A stretch of DNA of 43,329 bases from the NCBI GenBank assembly GCA_032718475.1, contig JAUCBJ010007983.1, positions 1-43,329 of the forward strand. Reading direction: 5' to 3'. The translations under genes and the position numbers were made by a program. Source of the DNA: Nemertoderma westbladi. Lineage: Eukaryota; Animalia; Xenacoelomorpha. The notes under the pieces are model-generated. The model had not been told where the DNA came from, did no database searches, and saw nothing but the letters and a program-made list of their open reading frames with translations. Of the stretch, positions 33,647 to 43,329 are shown one piece after another (position 1 is the stretch's first letter; the number at the start of each line of letters is the position of its first letter).

Positions 33647-33990
33647 CTACTACTACTACTATCGGCATGTTGCATTGCGGCTGCATTAATTATATCAAAT
33701 ATATTAAGAAAGATGTGTCGGCTTGTCGATAAAATTGCTCCACCTCAACTCCCTAATCACCCGCATGACATTTGCTAGATCATCCGCATCTTCAAGTCCA
33801 GTGTCCTTTAAAATGCGTCTCAAGAAAATCATGGGCTTACCACCATACATAGTCGTTCCATGAGGCCACCAAAGCTCAAGATTATGCACTGGCTGGTCCA
33901 CACGGTGAAAGCAATGCCCTACAAGGCGGGGTACAGCACCGTTCAAGTAAAAGCTTGCGTAGACTAATGAAACACTTCCGATGTTGTTCA
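33647..33990 (-). mobile_element. Decayed 3' end of an RTE/RTEX-like LINE
   Basis: GHCFHR...P...LWWPHG...G.P...ILKDTGL...L...M...W resembles the RTE-group ORF2 C-terminus; (AGT)n tail at 33647-33660 on the - strand. Confidence 0.65.
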
Positions 33991-34099
33991 GAGTCTGGTT
34001 ATGGAGATGTATTCATTATTCTTGACACAATGACCCCGGCGTAGCATTATTGTGAATGTGCCATCCAGAGGTTTTTTATACTATGGACTCACATCTAAG

Positions 34100-34725
34100 A
34101 ACGCTGTCTCTACTGCTGCCTTAAATAACCTCTAAAAGGTTCACGTGCGATATCAACAATTGGTACATTTGCAAATATATTATGCCAACTTTTCAGCGTT
34201 CTGGTGTTTTACTCTTAACGCAGTAAAGTACCTAAAAATGTTATTTACGTGGTGACTTGCATTAAATGTAACTTATTTGGTATCGGTTCAACAGAGTACT
34301 TAAAGCCTAGGATAGCCAACTACAAGACAAAGATAATTAACGACAAACCATTGACTTCCAACGACAGACATTTTACTACCTCGGGTCATTCTTACAATAC
34401 ACACTTCAGAATTACACCATTTGATTGTCTACCGATCTCAGCAAACAAAAAACTGAACCGACAAAAACTCAGAATTAAAGAGGGAGAATGGCAGTGCCGG
34501 TTGGAAACTTTACAACCAATAGGTTTGAATGTTCTCAACGAGGCGGTGATCAATAACTTTGGACTTGATGTTTTCAATCCTTAAGAATTATAAAGATTAA
34601 AGATTCACAGATTTAACAAACTCATTAGTTGCCAGGGTAGTATTATTATTTGTAGTGCATTAATTCTAGAATATCGTTTATTTGAAAAAGATAGAGAGCT
34701 ATCGAAAGCTAATAATAAAAAATTT
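34100..34725 (+). mobile_element. Penelope-like retroelement 3' remnant with GIY-YIG endonuclease
   Basis: From 34231: PKNVIYVVTCIKCNLFGIGSTEYLKPRIANYK...HF...H...KEGEWQCRLETLQPIGLN; a frameshifted Cys-rich linker upstream; hammerhead-like motif and AATAAA downstream. Confidence 0.85.
34681..34712 (+). ncRNA. Minimal/variant hammerhead-ribozyme-like motif of the Penelope element (probably degenerate)
   Basis: TTGAAAAA-GATAG-AGAG-CTATC-GAAA-GCT: variant core box, 5-bp stem II and GAAA box, ~100 nt after the PLE ORF. Confidence 0.45.
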
Positions 34726-35330
34726 AATTTTTAGTGATTGATCATATAAGTTGTCAACTTTTGAATTCTTAAAATATTATTATACTAAAACAACTTGATC
34801 TCACACCCTACAGTCATATTCCCTAACTTTCTTTACTTTATTTAAACTTATATATAGATATCTATACTATATATATATCTATGGGGTTATTTTTTACCCA
34901 CCGGGACTAAAATCTGATATTTCCATATTATAATCTTATAAACCTAAGGCCCTTAAACCGATATTAATTTATTTTGATCTGTTTGGCTATTTTTTCATGT
35001 TATATGTATTGTTGTTTTCATCTTGCATCCAATTTAATGTCAACTCTCCCTATTTTTCATTATTTCGTTTTGCACAGCTAATTTAACAATAATTTAGTCT
35101 GAATAAAGTATGTTTCAAATTAAACTACCCATATATCTATTTTTTATTTGTTTCTTTATGAGACAGAGATTTATGAGATATTATGTAAGGGAAGAAACCA
35201 CATTGTATTGTAATTAATTAATTAATTAATTGTAATTATCATTAAAGTTAAATATTGTAAATTTAATTGCCATCCTTGTAATTGTAACCTAATGTTGCAT
35301 GTTATTCGTTGAATGTGCGTTCATTGCAAC

Positions 35331-38300
35331 TAACTCGACGTCACTAATAGACTCTTCCACTGTAGATTCCTATATCGCGGTAGTCTAACTCGACGTCACT
35401 AATAGACTCTTCAACTGTAGATTCCTATATCGCGGTAGTCTAACTCGACGTCACTAATAGACTCTTCCACTGTAGATTCCTATATCGCGGTAGTCTAACT
35501 CGACGTCACTAATAGACTCTTCCACTGTAGATTCCTATATCGCGGTAGTCTAACTCGACGTCACTAATAGACTCTTCCACTGTAGATTCCTATATCGCGG
35601 TAGTCTAACTCGACGTCACTAATAGACTCTTCAACTGTAGATTCCTATATCGCGGTAGTCTAACTCGACGTCACTAATAGACTCTTCCACTGTAGATTCC
35701 TATATCGCGGTAGTCTAACTCGACGTCACTAATAGACTCTTCCACTGTAGATTCCTATATCGCGGTAGTCTAACTCGACGTCACTAATAGACTCTTCCAC
35801 TGTAGATTCCTATATCGCGGTAGTCTAACTCGACGTCACTAATAGACTCTTCCACTGTAGATTCCTATATCGCGGTAGTCTAACTCGACGTCACTAATAG
35901 ACTCTTCCACTGTAGATTCCTATATCGCGGTAGTCTAACTCGACGTCACTAATAGACTCTTCCAATGTAGATTCCTATATCGCGGTAGTCTAACTCGTCG
36001 TCACTAATAGACTCTTCCACTGTAGATTCCTATATCGCGGTAGTCTAACTCGTCGTCACTAATAGACTCTTCCACTGTAGATTCCTATATCGCGGTAGTC
36101 TAACTCGACGTCACTAATAGACTCTTCCACTGTAGATTCCTATATCGCGGTAGTCTAACTCGACGTCACTAATAGACTCTTCCACTGTAGATTCCTATAT
36201 CGCGGTAGTCTAACTCGACGTCACTAATAGACTCTTCCACTGTAGATTCCTATATCGCGGTAGTCTAACTCGACGTCACTAATAGACTCTTCCACTGTAG
36301 ATTCCTATATCGCGGTAGTCTAACTCGACGTCACTAATAGACTCTTCCACTGTAGATTCCTATATCGCGGTAGTCTAACTCGTCGTCACTAATAGACTCT
36401 TCCACTGTAGATTCCTATATCGCGGTAGTCTAACTCGACGTCACTAATAGACTCTTCCACTGTAGATTCCTATATCGCGGTAGTCTAACTCGTCGTCACT
36501 AATAGACTCTTCCACTGTAGATTCCTATATCGCGGTAGTCTAACTCGACGTCACTAATAGACTCTTCCACTGTAGATTCCTATATCGCGGTAGTCTAACT
36601 CGACGTCACTAATAGACTCTTCCACTGTAGATTCCTATATCGCGGTAGTCTAACTCGACGTCACTAATAGACTCTTCCACTGTAGATTCCTATATCGCGG
36701 TAGTCTAACTCGACGTCACTAATAGACTCTTCCACTGTAGATTCCTATATCGCGGTAGTCTAACTCGACGTCACTAATAGACTCTTCCACTGTAGATTCC
36801 TATATCGCGGTAGTCTAACTCGACGTCACTAATAGACTCTTCCACTGTAGATTCCTATATCGCGGTAGTCTAACTCGTCGTCACTAATAGACTCTTCCAC
36901 TGTAGATTCCTATATCGCGGTAGTCTAACTCGACGTCACTAATAGACTCTTCCACTGTAGATTCCTATATCGCGGTAGTCTAACTCGACGTCACTAATAG
37001 ACTCTTCCACTGTAGATTCCTATATCGCGGTAGTCTAACTCGTCGTCACTAATAGACTCTTCCACTGTAGATTCCTATATCGCGGTAGTCTAACTCGACG
37101 TCACTAATAGACTCTTCCACTGTAGATTCCTATATCGCGGTAGTCTAACTCGACGTCACTAATAGACTCTTCCACTGTAGATTCCTATATCGCGGTAGTC
37201 TAACTCGACGTCACTAATAGACTCTTCCACTGTAGATTCCTATATCGCGGTAGTCTAACTCGACGTCACTAATAGACTCTTCCACTGTAGATTCCTATAT
37301 CGCGGTAGTCTAACTCGACGTCACTAATAGACTCTTCCACTGTAGATTCCTATATCGCGGTAGTCTAACTCGACGTCACTAATAGACTCTTCCACTGTAG
37401 ATTCCTATATCGCGGTAGTCTAACTCGACGTCACTAATAGACTCTTCCACTGTAGATTCCTATATCGCGGTAGTCTAACTCGACGTCACTAATAGACTCT
37501 TCCACTGTAGATTCCTATATCGCGGTAGTCTAACTCGACGTCACTAATAGACTCTTCCACTGTAGATTCCTATATCGCGGTAGTCTAACTCGACGTCACT
37601 AATAGACTCTTCCACTGTAGATTCCTATATCGCGGTAGTCTAACTCGACGTCACTAATAGACTCTTCCACTGTAGATTCCTATATCGCGGTAGTCTAACT
37701 CGACGTCACTAATAGACTCTTCCACTGTAGATTCCTATATCGCGGTAGTCTAACTCGACGTCACTAATAGACTCTTCCACTGTAGATTCCTATATCGCGG
37801 TAGTCTAACTCGACGTCACTAATAGACTCTTCCACTGTAGATTCCTATATCGCGGTAGTCTAACTCGACGTCACTAATAGACTCTTCCACTGTAGATTCC
37901 TATATCGCGGTAGTCTAACTCGACGTCACTAATAGACTCTTCCACTGTAGATTCCTATATCGCGGTAGTCTAACTCGACGTCACTAATAGACTCTTCCAC
38001 TGTAGATTCCTATATCGCGGTAGTCTAACTCGACGTCACTAATAGACTCTTCCACTGTAGATTCCTATATCGCGGTAGTCTAACTCGACGTCACTAATAG
38101 ACTCTTCCACTGTAGATTCCTATATCGCGGTAGTCTAACTCGACGTCACTAATAGACTCTTCCACTGTAGATTCCTATATCGCGGTAGTCTAACTCGACG
38201 TCACTAATAGACTCTTCCACTGTAGATTCCTATATCGCGGTAGTCTAACTCGACGTCACTAATAGACTCTTCCACTGTAGATTCCTATATCGCGGTAGTC

Positions 38301-41300
38301 TAACTCGACGTCACTAATAGACTCTTCCACTGTAGATTCCTATATCGCGGTAGTCTAACTCGACGTCACTAATAGACTCTTCCACTGTAGATTCCTATAT
38401 CGCGGTAGTCTAACTCGACGTCACTAATAGACTCTTCCACTGTAGATTCCTATATCGCGGTAGTCTAACTCGACGTCACTAATAGACTCTTCCACTGTAG
38501 ATTCCTATATCGCGGTAGTCTAACTCGACGTCACTAATAGACTCTTCCACTGTAGATTCCTATATCGCGGTAGTCTAACTCGACGTCACTAATAGACTCT
38601 TCCACTGTAGATTCCTATATCGCGGTAGTCTAACTCGACGTCACTAATAGACTCTTCCACTGTAGATTCCTATATCGCGGTAGTCTAACTCGACGTCACT
38701 AATAGACTCTTCCACTGTAGATTCCTATATCGCGGTAGTCTAACTCGACGTCACTAATAGACTCTTCCACTGTAGATTCCTATATCGCGGTAGTCTAACT
38801 CGACGTCACTAATAGACTCTTCCACTGTAGATTCCTATATCGCGGTAGTCTAACTCGACGTCACTAATAGACTCTTCCACTGTAGATTCCTATATCGCGG
38901 TAGTCTAACTCGACGTCACTAATAGACTCTTCCACTGTAGATTCCTATATCGCGGTAGTCTAACTCGACGTCACTAATAGACTCTTCCACTGTAGATTCC
39001 TATATCGCGGTAGTCTAACTCGACGTCACTAATAGACTCTTCCACTGTAGATTCCTATATCGCGGTAGTCTAACTCGACGTCACTAATAGACTCTTCCAC
39101 TGTAGATTCCTATATCGCGGTAGTCTAACTCGACGTCACTAATAGACTCTTCCACTGTAGATTCCTATATCGCGGTAGTCTAACTCGACGTCACTAATAG
39201 ACTCTTCCACTGTAGATTCCTATATCGCGGTAGTCTAACTCGACGTCACTAATAGACTCTTCCACTGTAGATTCCTATATCGCGGTAGTCTAACTCGACG
39301 TCACTAATAGACTCTTCCACTGTAGATTCCTATATCGCGGTAGTCTAACTCGACGTCACTAATAGACTCTTCCACTGTAGATTCCTATATCGCGGTAGTC
39401 TAACTCGACGTCACTAATAGACTCTTCCACTGTAGATTCCTATATCGCGGTAGTCTAACTCGACGTCACTAATAGACTCTTCCACTGTAGATTCCTATAT
39501 CGCGGTAGTCTAACTCGACGTCACTAATAGACTCTTCCACTGTAGATTCCTATATCGCGGTAGTCTAACTCGACGTCACTAATAGACTCTTCCACTGTAG
39601 ATTCCTATATCGCGGTAGTCTAACTCGACGTCACTAATAGACTCTTCCACTGTAGATTCCTATATCGCGGTAGTCTAACTCGACGTCACTAATAGACTCT
39701 TCCACTGTAGATTCCTATATCGCGGTAGTCTAACTCGACGTCACTAATAGACTCTTCCACTGTAGATTCCTATATCGCGGTAGTCTAACTCGACGTCACT
39801 AATAGACTCTTCCACTGTAGATTCCTATATCGCGGTAGTCTAACTCGACGTCACTAATAGACTCTTCCACTGTAGATTCCTATATCGCGGTAGTCTAACT
39901 CGACGTCACTAATAGACTCTTCCACTGTAGATTCCTATATCGCGGTAGTCTAACTCGACGTCACTAATAGACTCTTCCACTGTAGATTCCTATATCGCGG
40001 TAGTCTAACTCGACGTCACTAATAGACTCTTCCACTGTAGATTCCTATATCGCGGTAGTCTAACTCGACGTCACTAATAGACTCTTCCACTGTAGATTCC
40101 TATATCGCGGTAGTCTAACTCGACGTCACTAATAGACTCTTCCACTGTAGATTCCTATATCGCGGTAGTCTAACTCGACGTCACTAATAGACTCTTCCAC
40201 TGTAGATTCCTATATCGCGGTAGTCTAACTCGACGTCACTAATAGACTCTTCCACTGTAGATTCCTATATCGCGGTAGTCTAACTCGACGTCACTAATAG
40301 ACTCTTCCACTGTAGATTCCTATATCGCGGTAGTCTAACTCGACGTCACTAATAGACTCTTCCACTGTAGATTCCTATATCGCGGTAGTCTAACTCGACG
40401 TCACTAATAGACTCTTCCACTGTAGATTCCTATATCGCGGTAGTCTAACTCGACGTCACTAATAGACTCTTCCACTGTAGATTCCTATATCGCGGTAGTC
40501 TAACTCGACGTCACTAATAGACTCTTCCACTGTAGATTCCTATATCGCGGTAGTCTAACTCGACGTCACTAATAGACTCTTCCACTGTAGATTCCTATAT
40601 CGCGGTAGTCTAACTCGACGTCACTAATAGACTCTTCCACTGTAGATTCCTATATCGCGGTAGTCTAACTCGACGTCACTAATAGACTCTTCCACTGTAG
40701 ATTCCTATATCGCGGTAGTCTAACTCGACGTCACTAATAGACTCTTCCACTGTAGATTCCTATATCGCGGTAGTCTAACTCGACGTCACTAATAGACTCT
40801 TCCACTGTAGATTCCTATATCGCGGTAGTCTAACTCGACGTCACTAATAGACTCTTCCACTGTAGATTCCTATATCGCGGTAGTCTAACTCGACGTCACT
40901 AATAGACTCTTCCACTGTAGATTCCTATATCGCGGTAGTCTAACTCGACGTCACTAATAGACTCTTCCACTGTAGATTCCTATATCGCGGTAGTCTAACT
41001 CGACGTCACTAATAGACTCTTCCACTGTAGATTCCTATATCGCGGTAGTCTAACTCGACGTCACTAATAGACTCTTCCACTGTAGATTCCTATATCGCGG
41101 TAGTCTAACTCGACGTCACTAATAGACTCTTCCACTGTAGATTCCTATATCGCGGTAGTCTAACTCGACGTCACTAATAGACTCTTCCACTGTAGATTCC
41201 TATATCGCGGTAGTCTAACTCGACGTCACTAATAGACTCTTCCACTGTAGATTCCTATATCGCGGTAGTCTAACTCGACGTCACTAATAGACTCTTCCAC

Positions 41301-43329
41301 TGTAGATTCCTATATCGCGGTAGTCTAACTCGACGTCACTAATAGACTCTTCCACTGTAGATTCCTATATCGCGGTAGTCTAACTCGACGTCACTAATAG
41401 ACTCTTCCACTGTAGATTCCTATATCGCGGTAGTCTAACTCGACGTCACTAATAGACTCTTCCACTGTAGATTCCTATATCGCGGTAGTCTAACTCGACG
41501 TCACTAATAGACTCTTCCACTGTAGATTCCTATATCGCGGTAGTCTAACTCGACGTCACTAATAGACTCTTCCACTGTAGATTCCTATATCGCGGTAGTC
41601 TAACTCGACGTCACTAATAGACTCTTCCACTGTAGATTCCTATATCGCGGTAGTCTAACTCGACGTCACTAATAGACTCTTCCACTGTAGATTCCTATAT
41701 CGCGGTAGTCTAACTCGACGTCACTAATAGACTCTTCCACTGTAGATTCCTATATCGCGGTAGTCTAACTCGACGTCACTAATAGACTCTTCCACTGTAG
41801 ATTCCTATATCGCGGTAGTCTAACTCGACGTCACTAATAGACTCTTCCACTGTAGATTCCTATATCGCGGTAGTCTAACTCGACGTCACTAATAGACTCT
41901 TCCACTGTAGATTCCTATATCGCGGTAGTCTAACTCGACGTCACTAATAGACTCTTCCACTGTAGATTCCTATATCGCGGTAGTCTAACTCGACGTCACT
42001 AATAGACTCTTCCACTGTAGATTCCTATATCGCGGTAGTCTAACTCGACGTCACTAATAGACTCTTCCACTGTAGATTCCTATATCGCGGTAGTCTAACT
42101 CGACGTCACTAATAGACTCTTCCACTGTAGATTCCTATATCGCGGTAGTCTAACTCGACGTCACTAATAGACTCTTCCACTGTAGATTCCTATATCGCGG
42201 TAGTCTAACTCGACGTCACTAATAGACTCTTCCACTGTAGATTCCTATATCGCGGTAGTCTAACTCGACGTCACTAATAGACTCTTCCACTGTAGATTCC
42301 TATATCGCGGTAGTCTAACTCGACGTCACTAATAGACTCTTCCACTGTAGATTCCTATATCGCGGTAGTCTAACTCGACGTCACTAATAGACTCTTCCAC
42401 TGTAGATTCCTATATCGCGGTAGTCTAACTCGTCGTCACTAATAGACTCTTCCACTGTAGATTCCTATATCGCGGTAGTCTAACTCGACGTCACTAATAG
42501 ACTCTTCCACTGTAGATTCCTATATCGCGGTAGTCTAACTCGACGTCACTAATAGACTCTTCCACTGTAGATTCCTATATCGCGGTAGTCTAACTCGTCG
42601 TCACTAATAGACTCTTCCACTGTAGATTCCTATATCGCGGTAGTCTAACTCGACGTCACTAATAGACTCTTCCACTGTAGATTCCTATATCGCGGTAGTC
42701 TAACTCGACGTCACTAATAGACTCTTCCACTGTAGATTCCTATATCGCGGTAGTCTAACTCGACGTCACTAATAGACTCTTCCACTGTAGATTCCTATAT
42801 CGCGGTAGTCTAACTCGACGTCACTAATAGACTCTTCCACTGTAGATTCCTATATCGCGGTAGTCTAACTCGACGTCACTAATAGACTCTTCCACTGTAG
42901 ATTCCTATATCGCGGTAGTCTAACTCGACGTCACTAATAGACTCTTCCACTGTAGATTCCTATATCGCGGTAGTCTAACTCGACGTCACTAATAGACTCT
43001 TCCACTGTAGATTCCTATATCGCGGTAGTCTAACTCGACGTCACTAATAGACTCTTCCACTGTAGATTCCTATATCGCGGTAGTCTAACTCGTCGTCACT
43101 AATAGACTCTTCCACTGTAGATTCCTATATCGCGGTAGTCTAACTCGACGTCACTAATAGACTCTTCCACTGTAGATTCCTATATCGCGGTAGTCTAACT
43201 CGCGTCACTAATAGACTCTTCCACTGTAGATTCCTATATCGCGGTAGTCTAACTCGACGTCACTAATAGACTCTTCCACTGTAGATTCCTATATCGCGGT
43301 AGTCTAACTCGTCGTCACTAATAGACTCT
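35331..43329. repeat. 55-bp satellite (TAACTCGACGTCACTAATAGACTCTTCCACTGTAGATTCCTATATCGCGGTAGTC), ~145 copies, runs off window
   Basis: Near-perfect tandem array with no spacers. Confidence 0.99.

Noticed and set aside
35331-43329. CRISPR array
   Set aside because: Units are head-to-tail with no unique spacers, there are no cas genes, and the context is eukaryotic; the same applies to the other arrays.

Overview
AT-rich animal (invertebrate-like) genomic DNA; no prokaryotic features. The window appears to lie inside one large + strand host gene. Five frame-compatible exons (19661-23371) plus a candidate 12-nt microexon (30240-30251) encode a mesothelin/otoancorin/stereocilin-like protein. About two thirds of the window is tandem repeat in six unrelated arrays (25/27, 48, 23, 51, 44 and 55 bp), each confined to one intron; satellite-free introns are only 105-127 bp. 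Most strikingly, some arrays are built from splice signals. One intron is a ~1.3-kb polymer of perfect 5' splice sites fused to the first bases of the next exon and ends in a triplicated acceptor. The 55-bp array reads as a polymer of branch point, pyrimidine tract and AG. The 44-bp array carries an antisense donor. Mobile elements: a BEL/Pao LTR retrotransposon (- strand, split gag, ATGA overlap with pol, long leader), a 5'-truncated Crack/L2-type LINE inside a satellite, an RTE-like LINE 3' end, a Penelope GIY-YIG remnant with a hammerhead-like motif, a foldback MITE, and a non-autonomous element with five CTCF-like sites. Family assignments are from motif recognition by eye and copy numbers are length/unit estimates.
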